A stretch of DNA of 59,379 nucleotides, the filler included, from Porpidia crustulata (Eukaryota), in assembly GCA_964255105.1 (NCBI GenBank). It is 5 parts of 5 records of this genome, joined end to end, with 100 filler letters (N's around TTAATTAATTAA, not from the genome) between each part and the next. Parts side by side here need not be neighbours in the genome. Positions count along the whole stretch, not along the records: positions 11,900 to 23,698 come from CAXUWE010000599.1; positions 23,799 to 35,593 come from CAXUWE010000600.1; 3 more parts are not named here. One strand, 5' to 3'. Below, piece after piece: positions 11,900-26,182 of this stretch. Under the pieces are notes generated by a model. That model ran no database searches. It was not told the DNA's origin and saw only the letters and a list, made by a program, of their open reading frames with translations. Each line of letters starts with the position of its first letter. Within the stretch, counting starts at the first letter, position 1. The translations under genes and the position numbers were made by a program.

Positions 11900-14398
11900 G
11901 GTCGTGCGGGTGATAGGATGGGGCGCGGCATTGGGGAAAGACTTGAGGTCCGGTGGATGTCGATCTCGCCAGAGCTGACCGGTGCCGACGTGCTTACTTT
12001 TAGCAAAAATATTGACGTCGAGTGCGCTGACTTGGACGGCTATTAGATTCGGATTTATGGCATGGACGTGGAGATCGAGCATTATTTCCTGCTCTGAGGC
12101 GAGACCGTTTTGGATGTCCTTGACATGGACGTCGATCAATGGTTGCGAGCACATGATCAGGACGATCACAATGGCAGCGACGAGTAATGCCACCAGACTT
12201 CCTAGTGATACCCAACAAGTGACACGTCGGCAGAAGCGATGCTCTTTCTCTATGGCATAGCCATGTCTTGAAGTTCCGGACAGTGGACGCCGAATGCGTG
12301 TCCGTCCGGACCGTATTGATCCAATGAGAGGAGTACGCTCATCATCAGCCCCTTCACCTTCCAGATCATAGATCATGGGCTCCTTGGATCTCTTGCCATT
12401 ACCAGGTAAACGGAGAATATGGGGACTCCGGGGACTAGATGGCCGAGAGCTTTGCGACACAAGATTGCTCGCGGCAGAGCGCAACGGCTTGGCAGCTCCC
12501 GGGAAAGGAGACTCTTGATCGAAAAGCGAGGTGTGACCACCTCGTCCATGCCGTCCAATATGGTGATGCGTTGGATTGCCGCCCGTCTCCCGCCGAATGT
12601 GATTGGGTCCACGAACTGTTCCTTCTTCGCTGGGATCAATCGTATTGTACGGATTGTTGGTGAATTTCATGCTTTTCTTGCTGGCTACGCTATGGTGGCC
12701 TTCTTGTCTAGTCCTACCACCATAAGGATCTATCTGACTTGCCATTGAGGTCGCACTCGGGGTTCGGGAATGAAAGCGATGAGGCCGGGCTGAAAGTGGC
12801 TCGGGGGGGTTTGACTCATAAACAAAGGTCTCGTCCGAGTCTGAAGAGTTGGTCTGATCCACGGCGCTGGCCACTTTGGCCTCAAAAATATCTGCTTTGG
12901 AAGAAGCTGTACGCACCCGGAACATTGTCAGTGTTGAATTCGATGGACTGCTTGGGGTAGGAGGATTGTAGCCCAGGTTATCTTGCACAAACTTTTCGGG
13001 GAGGTTGCGTGCCTGCAGACTGAATTCAATCTGGCTGTGGCTTAAAGTCCAGCCACTCGTGAAATCAGGGGAATTGATACATAGTGAGATAGTAGGAGAT
13101 AGAGCTCGAGCGGGTACATGATGATGATGGAAACGTTTAAATTTGAACCCACCAGTGCCAGAATTGATAGAGGTGGCTTTCCGTACCACCCTCTTCTTCT
13201 CCTTCTTTGGCCGGATTGTCTCGGTGCTTGGCTTCAGACGTAAACTACCTCCCGTGTCCGTCCTACCAGGCATGCTGCGTTCGCCAGCTCCGCCACCTAG
13301 GGCAACTTGCGGTATCGAGCTCACGGTTTCAGTTTCGACAGTCATACCCTTCACGACACTTTCGCTTCCCGTCTTACCTTTGCCGGGTAGAAGTTGTGTC
13401 GATGATTTCTTGGGGTGCATAATTTGGGGCTTTGCAGAATTGCTGGCGTTCGCTGCTTTTTTCGGACCCTTGGTTTCGCTTTGAGCTCCCGCGCTTTTGT
13501 TACCACCACTCTCACTACCACTGTCAAGTTTGGAGTTCGGCTCTTTCCCCAAAACATCTTCCATTGGGCTTTCGTCAATGCGCCCGGGCCTATCATCCTG
13601 TCCACCTTTGGCTCCGGACTGTACCCATCCTGGACCGATCGCAGGCGTTACGGGAAGGCTACTCTCCTGGACAGTCTCCAGTGTAGACCCGCTTGCACTG
13701 ATTCCCCTGTTCGGTGTTCGCATGCCGGGACGGGCTATAATGTCTTCTTCATCACCGTCTGTTTGTGTACCTGAGGTGGCTGTTGGCGTGGGTCTTTCTA
13801 ATACTATGCTTGGGGTTGAAGAAGCTTGTTCCGGCTTTCGGAGCGGGGGAAACGATGGCTTGTTGGATACCGCTGAAGGTGGAGGCGACTTCACCCGTGA
13901 CACATTCGATCCCGGGTGAAGGTTGCCTCCCCCTGCTGCCTTGCTGGGTCTTTGAGTTTTCAGTGCATCGACAGCTGTTTCTAAAGTCGTAGAAGGTTGC
14001 AACTGTGGGGTGCCTGCTACCGAAAGCGCCCTCTGGATCGCCGCTGCGGAGGGGACAGTGGGGATGTACGACGTGCCTGCACCGGGAGGCCGTGTAGGGC
14101 TTAAATCTATGCTATTCTTTCGCGACCTCAGTCCCTTGAAACCTTCTGAGATGCCCGGTATCAGCGGAGGCCGCGTGGGTGAAGCTTCGCGAGACGGTCT
14201 GGGAGAATTGGCGGTGGACGGGGGATTTGACAAGCGGGGAGTGGTCGATGCTCGTAACAGTGGCGGCGGAGAGGCAGATAATGGTTGGGTATCATTTTTA
14301 CTGGCTACTCCACCAACGCCTCTATCCGTTTTGACCGGCTCTGGCGGTGTTAGCTCGTCCTCATTGGAAGTGGCTGACTTGTCCGCAGGTAATGCCAT
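11900..14398 (-). CDS. VAC7: Vacuolar segregation protein Vac7, 3' end lost in the gap
   Basis: MTVETETVSSIPQ, ASSKADIFEAKVASAVD, SDSDETFVYESNP, one TM helix, then QNGLASEQEIMLDLHVHAINPNL. Confidence 0.88.
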
Positions 14399-16549
14399 GG
14401 TTCAAGGCTGAACATTTGTTATGGAACCACGTCAGTATAGGCAACACTCAAGTAAGTTGGTACCTGACGTAGGAGGTGGGAAGATGTGTGGTCCGGGTGC
14501 CTGGCTGAGCTAAGATGGATGACTGCAGTTTTTTGGATGGAGTAGTAATCACTCTCGTCAGGTCATCGATGATCCACGTATCCAAGTTAGAATTTTGCCA
14601 AGCTTTCGTGTTCTGCTATAAGTGGAACGTAAGAATTACATATTATTTGCAGACAATGAGAGATGTATAATGACTGGCTGGCTGGTTGGTAATTTAGATG
14701 GCTGCAGTACAGTCAGGTACGTACCTACTCAAGCACTCAAGGTAACCAAGAACAGGGATTAGAAAAGGACCGGCAGAATTGTCACGTGCCGACCGTTGTT
14801 AGCCTAAGGTGGAGTCTAAGTACGTAGTACCTTAAGATACCTCACCTTAACCAAGTCCGCCTCCGTTTGTCATACGCAGCACAGTGACAAGATGGAATAC
14901 CATAATATCACGATCTCGGACTCATGTATTTTGCATCAACATAAGAAGACCACCCATTCTACCTATTTTCTCCTACCGTAGATGTCAGCATGCTATTCGT
15001 AGCTTTGCTTGCAAAGGTTCAACTGGTTTGAAATAGACCGAGGTACTTGGTGGGACAACTTGGCTTCGTGCGTATATTAATTGCCACATTATTATATTGA
15101 TGCTCACTCCTTTCTAACCCAATAAGATGTTCTGATCCACTCTTGGTAGAAGCACCAATAATCGGGCCTTCACTGGCAAGAGCGTCGAAGTCAGATGGAT
15201 CGTCGATGAGATTTCCTAAGGACCAAAGCCAGGGCTTGCAATGATAGGGCAGATTTTCTTATGGTGATTGTAGCAACATGTGACAACACACATTGCTTTT
15301 CATTCACGAATCTTCTGCTTCGGTTGTGGTCGCAGTACTATCATTTGACTCCATACATCGGCTTCATCGAACCGCCAAGTCGTTGAATTTTGATAAATAC
15401 GGCTTCGATGGCTGCTATCGTACTATTAGACCGATAGAGCGGCCTTTGGCAGTGGTGCACCATGCTTTGATGGAGCCAGCGTTGCTCGATGAGCCAAGGT
15501 AGTAAGATCCGAATAGAATCACAAGGTCAAGCAAGATAAGGCAGCCAAGGGCTTGCGAGGTGGACTACCAAACCACATGGCACCGAGGTAGTCTTGAAGA
15601 GCCTCTTCACCTCAACGCGAGCGGAATCAATGAAGGTTATCTACCAGAATAGGCATTAGGCCGAGATGCCTCACATTCTTGTGATCATTGGGCCAACGCA
15701 ATCATCAGAATGTTCATAATGCATCAACGATCTATATCTCAACATCAACCGATTGATAAAGACAACAATCATGCTGAGAGCACGGTTCTGAAACGAATCG
15801 TATGCCATGCCAAAAGTGCCCAAGGTACCAGCCACGATTTCGCTCCTGTGCTCGATCATGCAGCGAGGGTGCGTGGAGTGCAAGGGTTACTTTGAGCGTT
15901 GATGATACTCCACCCGACGCTAAGATATGGCATTAATTCACGGAAAGACCCTGGAGCGGAACAACATACCACTAGCGCCCGTGCTTGTTTACTTCGCGTG
16001 ATCCAAGTCACGACCTCCTCGCCGCTCACTACTACTTCAATCTTCATCGTCGACACAATTCTATCAACTTTTCGCCAGCTCAAATATTGACCTACTCGCG
16101 AACATAGTTGGACCTGCTTTCGCACCCACTCACCAGTCCTTATCAGCTTGAATCGCAAAGACATTTCGCAACTTGCAAACACTACCGCTGTTATACTTCA
16201 TCATCATCTCACCATAACAATAGCAGTCTGGGAGAACTTCACATTGCGCCCTGGTGCCGACAAGCCGTTACATTAGGCGTGGATAGATGGGGTAGCGAAT
16301 CGTAGTGAAGCTGTGACGGGGACGCTTGAGACAAAGATCCATTCCATCGGCAACATTCCTCTTGTGTTTGTATACACGCTAAAGGAGTTCCAATCGCTGA
16401 CGACATCGCATCTAATGCGATAGCGAGATTTTTATAAACAAACAAAGTTTCCCCGGAGTAAGAAAGAAGCTCCTATCGCAGTCCGCAACCTATCATACCA
16501 TATCGACAAAGCTTTCCAGACGAAGCCCGGTCCTAAATCAACCGCCCTC

Positions 16550-19500
16550 ATGGTTGCGACATATTCTCCGCGCGGCGATGCAGGCGGGACTTTGCATTTT
16601 CCTTCGCCGTCCCACATCCATCATGTCGATCCTGCTTCAGCTTTTAGGCAATTACGGCGCTCGCTCTCCCGGTCCCCATCGAAAGGTCCAACATTCCGTC
16701 TAATAACTTCCAAGTCAACGTCGCCATCCCCAAGCTCTCCTCTTTCCCCTCCGCGCACATCGCCACCAAACAGGTCTGTGTCGGAGACTCTTTTGTCGAA
16801 TTCTCCTGTTATGCCGCCGAGTCCCTTGGCGATTCCATATCCCCCGAGCGCGAAGCAAACCCGATCAAGCGCACGGAAATTGAGCCCAATGCGCCTGGGA
16901 TCCCGGTCAAGAAGTTCCCAGCGGCAGCGCAGCCCGAGCAAGAGAACCCTCAGCGACTCTAGTGATCAAGGAAACGCGACGCCTCGATCATCTGGGACAT
17001 CCAGCGATGATGCAGAGAATAGGATTGAGGGGAGTGTCAGCCCATTTGGGGAGAATCCTTCCGAGAGCAGTCTCAAACCCGACGGGAAACAAGCGCTGGA
17101 GGTGCCCTTTGCGCCGCAGCGCTCGCTCGCAAGGTTCGAGAGAGGGAATGGGGGTTTCGGCGTTGTTACGGCAAAATCGAGCCCTCTCAAGCGAAGTGAT
17201 GGGATTATGAATCTAGACCAGGCTAGCCTTGGAAGCCCGTCGGCCAAACGACGGAGTTTGCACGGCGGTGTATTCAGCGCCGACTTCAATATCTTTGATC
17301 ACGAAGCGGAGTCCGAAGGCGGTTATGATGGGTCACGCATGGATGTCACATTTCCAGAGTACCACGGCGTGCAATCTCCATTACCGCGGCGGACCTCTTC
17401 TCTGCGGAAGACGACCATACAGCAACGGCATGAAAAACCAAGTTTTGCACGCTTTAAGCCAAATGCAGATGTCGCGGCTGACTTTGCGACCCCCGGAGCC
17501 GCTGGACCCAAAAACCGCTTCCGGATGTCTCTCGATAACTTTTTACCATCTATGCCAAGGGACAGTCCTTTCTCCTCGCAAGGCAGCCTTCCAAACGCTT
17601 CTGTACATCCGATACCGCAGCATAGCGTTAAGCTTCAGCCGCTTGGGAATTCATCTCAGCCTGCCCGACATCCTCTGTCCCGGACTCTCACCCAATCCTC
17701 GTCTAATTCGAGTATGGCAGAAGACTCACCAACGCATATTCCCATCCGTCAACCAGAACATCGAAGGACAATCGTTGACTTCTCGAAGTCCGTCCCGCTA
17801 GGCAGCGTAAGGCCCACATCCCGCGAGGCCGTCTCGAGCAATGCACCTAGTCAAAATTCCACAGAGATATCTTATGCAACGCCGGAGAATTACAAGCTAG
17901 CAAAACCTCTACCTGCGGCTTTCATGTCGACAGGACTGATATCTAAACGCAACAGACACATGGATGAGGCGCAGTCTGAGTTCCGGAATAGTACAGACCA
18001 AATGCCGGATACGCCTTGCAAACGACATAGTACGATTGGATTTGCAACTCCCGCAGCAGTACCTGAGAATGCGATCAGCAAAGTGCGCCACGTCAGACAT
18101 TCATTCGGGACACCCTCGACTCCCTTCGGCGCACATGTCAATCGTCCTGCACCAGGAAGTTTTGGCAAGGGCGTGAGTGTTTTCGGTAGTGGTTTTGCTC
18201 ATGGTAGCACCAATCGGCGCGGGAGCTTCTTGGGTGTCGACACCGAGGATCAAAAGCACTCTCTTCACGGGAAGCGAGATAGTCAGTCAAGTGTTGACTT
18301 CGAGCTGCCTCCTACCCCAACCAAGCAAGCCCTTGTAACAGGTTCCACGCAGTCGATATACGTCGACAATCTCGCTTGCAGCACCTCGCCGAGGGATAGA
18401 TCCAATTCACGTCAGCAAATTCAGAACTGTAAGTTGATTCCTTTTGGGACGCCGTCAGGAAGTGCGGATGAAGATAGTGACAGTTTGATGGATGACTCTC
18501 CATCAGCTGCACTTCGAATCAGGAGCTTTTCTTCGGCGTCTCGTTCTTTGACCCACTCTCGTTTGCTCCGAAACTTCACGTCTCCCACACCATTGAAACC
18601 TTTTCATACTGTCCCCTCTGTGCACATAGGAAGGTCGAAAACTAAACGAAGTCCTCTTTTACCAGCAAGCCCTATCAGCGAACTCTTTGAGCGCATGTCA
18701 CCACATACTCCACGGGAGCTCGTCAGTCCTCCCGACCCTAGCAATCTGTCGATCTCGGGACCCAGGGATCCACACACGGTTCGGGGAGCTATAGAGGATG
18801 TGACGAGTAGCCCTACCCCTTCGTTACATGTGCCTGCAACACCCACTGCTTCCAGAGAATCTTTTGCGCCATTCGGCAAAAGCAGGTCAAGTATTCATTC
18901 ATCAATTCTTGTTCATGCGGCCGACATCGATCCGAGCCTAACGTCCAGATTTGACAAGGTCGATTTGATCGGCAGCGGGGAATTCTCCAGCGTCTACCGT
19001 GTGGCAAAAGCTCAAGAAGACAAGAATGCCAGTAATTACTTTGCGCTGCCAACAAAACGCACGGCGCCAATAACCCCATTACCAGATCGAGTGTGGGCCG
19101 TCAAGAAGAGCCGTCAACCGTACATAGGGCCGAAAGACCGACAGCACAAGCTCCAGGAAGTTGCTGTATTGCGAGCGCTGGGTCAGGCCGACCACACCGT
19201 CAATTTCTTTGATAATTGGGAGGATGGCAATCACCTTTATATCCAGACCGAGTTCTGTGAGGAAGGTAGTCTGAAAGCGTTTCTTGATGAAGTTGGACAC
19301 ACGGCACGGCTTGATGATTTTAGGATCTGGAAGATAATGCTGGAGCTTTGTTTGGTAAGTCTTCATGGGCTTCGTCACCACCGGAGGCACTTTGCTAAGT
19401 AACTTATACAGGGGCTCAAGCATATCCATGATTCGGGCTTTATTCACCTAGACCTAAAACCAGCCAATATTTTGATTACGTTTGAAGGTGTGTTAAAAAT

Positions 19501-20152
19501 AGGAGACTTTGGCATGGCAGCCAAATGGCCTGCACAGCCCGGCATAGAAGGAGAGGGCGACCGCGAATATATTGGGCCAGAAATTCTCGAGGGTCAATAC
19601 GATAAGCCCGCTGACATTTTCGCCCTTGGCTTGATTATGCTCGAGATTGGTGGCAACGTTATGCTTCCAGACAACGGAGCCTCTTGGCAGCGATTGAGGA
19701 ACGGTGACATGAGCGACGTTCCTAGTTTGACCTGGAGCTCAGAAGACAGCAAGGTCTTCCGAGATTCGTCCGGAAAGCCATTAATGAATAAGGAATCGCT
19801 CGAAGAGTTCTACGGCTCTGATTCTGGTAGTGAAGACTTTGGTTCACCAAATTTCATTCGTCGCCGACATGAGGAACAAAAGAAAGGCCCGTTCCAGTGT
19901 AGGCGCAGCGGCGAACTCGCGGAGCCGCCAGCATTTTTAACGGATACAAACAATCAACAGGCTCTTGACGGTGTAGTGCGCTGGATGATCACTCCTCAGG
20001 CATCAAATCGTCCGATTGCGGAGCAAATCCTACAAACAGCAGGTGTACAGTGGGCGGAGGTAAGGCGGCGAGCAGGTGCTACCATCTACGAAGGGAACTG
20101 GGGACCAGCGGACGAAGTTCTAGCGGACGATGCAGAGATGATCGATGTCTAG
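16550..20152 (+). CDS. WEE1: Wee1/Swe1-family Cdk inhibitory kinase
   Basis: Long S/P-rich N-terminus with PLPAAFMSTGLISK and MPDTPCK; kinase motifs IGSGEFSSVY, AVKK, YIQTEFCEEGSL; intron about 19355-19410; then HLDLKPANI, KIGDFGMA, EGDREYIGPE. Confidence 0.93.
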
Positions 20153-21139
20153 GTCGCTCCGGCTCAAGAGCCTGACTAGATGATACACTCGAGATTTCTT
20201 TTTGGCCATTGTGGTTTATTGCGGGCGCGGCAGATTGGCGTTTTATGGATAAAGGGGCTTCAATCCCTTGGCTAAGAGGTGTGCAGGCCTGGATGAAGGG
20301 AAACCCGAAAGAAGCTGGAATAGTGTTCGCATTTGCACGGTGTCTGGGCTATCCGAATTACGATCTTACGACTTACAGTATTTCTACTTCAGCTTTCAGC
20401 TTCTGCATCGGCATTGGCGGCGTATAATCTTGCTCTTTCTCTTCGAGGATATCCTCCTGGTGCAATATCAACGGTTTCGGCCGTCCAGTCTCACGCATGT
20501 CTAATGGATTACAAGTATCGCCTTTCACTAAGTATTAATTCGCGACAAGGTGCCAAGAAGATCCAGATACTCGGAGATAATGCAACAGCACCACCACATT
20601 CCAAAAGCTCGTCCCACTCTGGCCGCATCTACACAAGCATAAGTGACGAGGTTGTCACTTCTATTCATGAGGATGTCACAGCAGCATTGGCAGGATAGCT
20701 TTCTCGCTCTATAAGCTTTGCGAAGACAATGGCCTCGATGCCTATAATTGAGCAAATTTGCATTTAGATAGCTCCACAGCCATAGAGAAGTCTATACGAC
20801 GCATTTAGAATCCAACAAGCAGTATTAAAAGCAATCTGATCGCTTTTCACAATCATAAATGAAGTAGTATCAAAGACAATTCGAATGTCTAGGTTTGCGT
20901 CTTGAAATCTAGTATCTAGATAAATCGCGCTTGTCCCGGCCCGATGCAGTGTCGTCCTGAGTCCCTACATAACTCTATTGAGATCTATGTATAATATGTT
21001 GAGCCTGCCCGCAATGTAATATAGAAGCTTTGATATAATGTTCTTCGTCCAGAGTAAGCTGCTTCAACTTCCCGAGGTACTTCGCAATCCTAACACCTTG
21101 ATTCAGATAAATTCGTCTAGATACCCCATGTTCCCCGTC

Positions 21140-23576
21140 ATGACGACTCAGCTAACCCGCCATGTCTTCCGACGGATACTATACAACGAACTCTTCTCAG
21201 AGACACGATGCTGGTTTCATTCGCCGATGCGGCAATGTCTGCGCGCTCACAAGATTGCAAAGTTGCCCGTTGTGGCCAGGAGGAGCCTCTGGGGGTTTTC
21301 GCGCAAGTCTCCACGAGAGCAAAAACCTGTTGATATGGATCCTGGGCTGGGATTGATGCTAGAGCTCAATCAAACGCTCAGGATGAGAACTAGGCCGCCG
21401 TCACCTGCGGACCTGGCGCGGGCGTTCATCGACTTCTTTCGGCACAGGCAAAACTATCCAACCCCGCTGGAGGAGCTACAGGCAGAGCACGCTTTCAACA
21501 CCTTTCTACATTTACAAAGGACCTACACCGAAGTCGGAGATTTTGGTCTTTCGAGCGAGGATCTGAGGATCGCTTTAAACGCGTTGAAGAACATACCCAA
21601 GAACGGGCACTATAAAATATACAACCTCTTGTCGATGGCCTTGTTTGAAGAGATTAAAGAGAGAAGAGACATCTCTCCGGATGTGGAAGATTCTAAAGTG
21701 CCGTGGAGCAAACACCTTACATCGTTCATACAGGCTTCTTCGCAGTATGGAGACCCCTTCTACGCTCGGAAGCTTGTTGAACAGTACTGGGACAGCGATC
21801 TAAAAGAATCGAATCGCCTGGCATGGACACAGGTGCTTAAAGGATATGCTAGGGGAGGGAATACCGAGGGTTTTATCGAAACAATTGAGATTATGCAAAA
21901 ACACAACGTGGGATTCAATTCCAAGGATCATCAGGCTATTGTGGTTTACTTTGCCAAGAAAGGTGACTTGGAGAATACCAAGAAGTGGTACATGTATCCA
22001 ATTGTGAACAATGGGGTGCCTACGTCCCATACCGATAGATTTGTTTTGAAATTGTGCATCCGCCACAGCGAATTCGAGTGGGGCGAACCTATCTTCAAGT
22101 CAATGCTAGCCAAAAATCCCGACAGAAGAGCGTGGAATGTGACTTTTCAGTGGGCAGCTGCGAGGGGTAAAGGTGTCGATGAAATTGAACGAATGATGAA
22201 GGTTATGGTTCGGCGTAATGAAGAAAACGAAATTTATGTGCAACCAGACATAGAGTCTATCAATTCGCTGGTAGAACTTGCAAACTCAGCAAACGATCCC
22301 TACACAGCGGAAAGATATGTGGCCTTGGGTGAAAGATGGGGGTTTCAACCAAACGCACGAACCTACCTACTACAATTCGAGTACCGTATGAAGGTCGGTG
22401 ATCTAGATGGAGCGAGAGTAGCTTACGGTCGATTGCGCGCAGAAGAAGTACCCGAGGATGCAGATATACCACTTATTAATAATCTTATAGTGGCAATGTG
22501 TAATGACAAGAACCTCAATTACGATGCGATAATGGGCCTTGTTGAAGACTTGAATGAGCGAAAAGCACGGTTCGAGCCAGAGACTACGGCCGCTCTTTCG
22601 CGACTCCATCTCCAGCGCGAAGAAATGCACGACCTTATTGATCTCCTCAATACCCACACTTTCCATTATGGCATGGACCAACGAACTCTAGTTCTCAGCG
22701 CCTTCCTCGACTTCATCTTTGCCCGCTCTAACAGCACCTCCCGAGCCTGGGACGCTTACTCCATCCTCCGGCAAATATTCTCCGAAACTGACATTGACGT
22801 TCGCACTTTGCTCATGAAGGAATTTTTTGACCGGAAACGCAGCGATATGGCCTGCCACGTCTTCGGTCACATGCGCCAGCAACAGACCAAAGAAGAAAGG
22901 CCCAATGTCAATACTTATGTTAGCTGCCTCCAAGGCATTGCCACCGCAAAGGATGGAGAATCTTTAGAAATGGTCCACAACATGCTGAAACTAGATTCTC
23001 AAATCGACCCCAATACAAGACTCTACAACGCTCTGATGTTGGCTCACACAGCATGCGGAATGCCGCGCCGCAGTCTCGATTTCTGGGAAGACATTATCCA
23101 CTCCAGAGAGGGTCCGACGTACAGCAGCATCCAAATTGCCTTTCAAGCGTGCGAGGCCGCTCCATTTGGAGACCAACCAGCTCGAGACATCTGGGCAAGA
23201 ATGAAGCGTTTCGACCTCGAAATTACGCGGGAAATATACGCCGCGTACATCGGCGCACTGGCCGGCAACGGCTTGTTGATGGAGGCAATGGGTTTGGTCG
23301 AGAACGCTCAGGTCGAGGTCGGGTGCCGAGTCGATGTTCTCATGTGAGTTATCTATCTCGAGTTGAGAATCCGTGACAAAAAACCCCGCTCATATGACCA
23401 ACCATAGGCTCGGCACCCTCTTCAACGCCATCCCAGGCGAAGTCAAGAAGCAGAAGGTCGAGGAGTGGGCTGCGGCTCATTACGCAGACGCGTGGAGCGA
23501 ACTGAATAAGCTTGGCCGAAGGAAAGATCGCTACGGAGACGAGCAGTTCAATCTCGACAGGGAGGTTCAAGCTTGA
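21140..23576 (+). CDS. CIA84: Mitochondrial pentatricopeptide-repeat protein, complex I intermediate-associated protein 84-like
   Basis: Arg-rich presequence MTTQLTRHVFRRIL (upstream ATGs at 21038 and 21128 are alternatives); PPR-like helices; SDMACHVFGHMRQ, VHNMLKLD, SREGPTYSSI; intron 23344-23407. Confidence 0.82.
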
Positions 23577-23698
23577 GCAAAGGTCACGGTTCCGTCGTTC
23601 CCCAACGTCACAACCAGTGTTATTCGAAGCGCCCAGCGCCAAGATTCCCATTCTGTCCTCCCCGCATCCTCGGAAATTTGACAAAGATCACGAAGAGT

Positions 23699-23798
23699 NN
23701 NNNNNNNNNNNNNNNNNNNNNNNNNNNNNNNNNNNNNNNNNNTTAATTAATTAANNNNNNNNNNNNNNNNNNNNNNNNNNNNNNNNNNNNNNNNNNNN
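23699..23798. other. Artificial contig-joining linker
   Basis: N-run, TTAATTAATTAA, N-run. Confidence 0.95.
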
Positions 23799-26182
23799 GG
23801 ATAAGATTTACCTTGACCGCGGGGTTCATCTTCCATTTTTCCTGAAGAGCTGTATGTCTGTGGAAAAGGGATGATATGGTAGATGCAGGATGGAAAATGA
23901 TGGTGGTTGGTTGGGAGCGGATGGTCGCGGGTAGGGGATCGGCTTTTATAACATAGATATCCGGCTTTGAATGGTTATTTTTGGGGGGCTTGGGGTTTTT
24001 GCAAATGGTCGCTGAGAAGGTGATTATATGTGCATGGGATAGATGCATCAGGGGGTACCGCGCTTTTTTCATCCAAGTGGCTCAATTATGGAGTGAGCGG
24101 ATGGTTAAATCTAGTTTTCTTACAAGGCACTGTTTATTTATTTACAGGGATTATAGAGCAAGAGAATTAAGAGGAAGAAACATGCTCTTTGTTTTCATTT
24201 ACAGTTGAAATCATCTCGGGATTAAATGATTTGTAGACTATATATCGTTCTTGATAATTTGATAATTTGATATTTTGATATTAGACCATCAAAGCGAGGG
24301 TCTTCAATACAAGGGTTTGAGAAACAGTGCATACACGTTGTCTGTCAATAGATATAGACCCTATCTAAGAGAAGTATAGTCAACTTCGTTCCATAAGACG
24401 AGGAGCACCGAGGACCATTTCAGATACTCTATGTAAGATATATTTAAGTAGATCAACGTATAGAACCTTGAAAGTATCTTCGGAATGTAGGACTTGATTT
24501 TCTAATGAACTTGCTCTCATCTCGTGATAAAAATAAGTTGGTAAGCCCAAGCTGCTTGCGGTTCATACGTTCGACCCCTAACTTATGAGTTGTCTTTGTA
24601 GAGATATACTCCGTTGTCTCATCGATCTAATTCATTCAATCCTCCACTGCAACATACGCATCATCCTCATGGACATCTACCCCATGAAACCCTACCGAAA
24701 AAAAGTTACATCCCCAGTCCACACGTTGGAATCATCATTACTAGAATCCTGTCCATGACGTTAAATCCAAGTCATCGTCTCCCCCCGACATAGCGGAAGA
24801 TTAGAATCGAACGGAAGATAAACGTTTGCGAAAGAAGACCCGCAAGGCGTGAATACGACACTGGTAGAGTGAATGAAATGTTGGCATACCAGCACCCCAT
24901 GGTGCTGATTTCCTTGGGTTGGTAATTTCCGGCCCTACCAGGCTAGCCTTACCCAGCTAGCCCTATCACATTCGCTTATTTAGCGCTAGTGGGACTGCAG
25001 AGTTTTACCTCTCCAGACCCCCTTTCGTACATACCATCTGCATCAATATAAACCACATGTATGATCACCATAATAAATGCTTCATGTTGACCAATTGCCT
25101 AATTGCTGCCACCTGATTCGCCAACATGAAATGTAGGGCACGTAAAGATATTGACGGCGCGAGATGGTTGCTTTTTTGCGCTCCAGGCAGATACGAGGTT
25201 CTAGAATCTTGTAGTACTGAGGTATCGAGTTTGAACGCACGCTTTAAAGTTTAAGATAACATCTACCAAATCATACCTTGGATCTTACCGCTGCGCTGAA
25301 ATGCCGATCGACAGCTGGTTTCGCCTTGTGATCACCTACTGACTACCCAGAGTAGTAGACATATTACATACAAGGTATACCTACTCGCTGGTCTGAAGAG
25401 CAAAGCACGGGGTCTCAGCCGGGGGAGCAGGAAGGGGATTTCGCGTTGCGAGGAACCCTGCCGTGGAACATTTTCTTCCGCAATCCTTGGCGTTTATGTG
25501 TCGATAGCGCGCTTGGGATTTGATAAGTCTATTCAACGTTTAAACAGTATTTTCTATGAGCGATTCAACGTTGCTCGAGATGATTCTCGTATTGTAGGAC
25601 CGTAAAGTACTCCATCAAAGTAAACGATGTATGCTTGATAAAGGAGGATTTTCATCTTTCAATGTGCAATTTTAGTACTTCGCTGACATTGAATCGGTCG
25701 TAGTGTATATCTCAAGTGGCTTTCTGAAGATGACCGTAACTAGATGCCGCAGATGACGTTGGCGTTGTAAACTTTATGGCAGAGATTCTTTTGGGTTTAA
25801 AGGAATCAGATAGACGATGCCCGGGAGTCCTCTTTGATGATCGTGTACTACTGAAGCTGAATAAATCGGGCAAAGATTTATTGGAAACAGCTTAGACGCT
25901 TTGGGAAGAAAGCATTAAAAGCAGCGGCAACGATCAAAGTCCTTGCGGTGTACTGAACGATGGATATGGGCTCTGACGGAAAAGCTCATGGAAGTATCGC
26001 GACTCGGAAGGTAGTTAATTATAAACACTGGAGACAAATTACTTCGAAGCGCGAGTCTTACCTTCACTAGAGACTTAGAATGTAAACTGCAGTACAAGAG
26101 CAGATTAGAGCACGTAGCTGTATAAGATATCGATAAACTCGACGAAGGAAGTCACAATACATTCAGATCGTAGTATTCAAGC

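Noticed and set aside
11982..14411. Numerous antisense or overlapping ORFs (also over RRP43, WEE1 and CIA84)
   Set aside because: Shadow ORFs of real genes, with no domain signatures.
14400..16549. Short ORFs in the VAC7-WEE1 divergent interval
   Set aside because: No coding signature; more consistent with promoter or UTR sequence.
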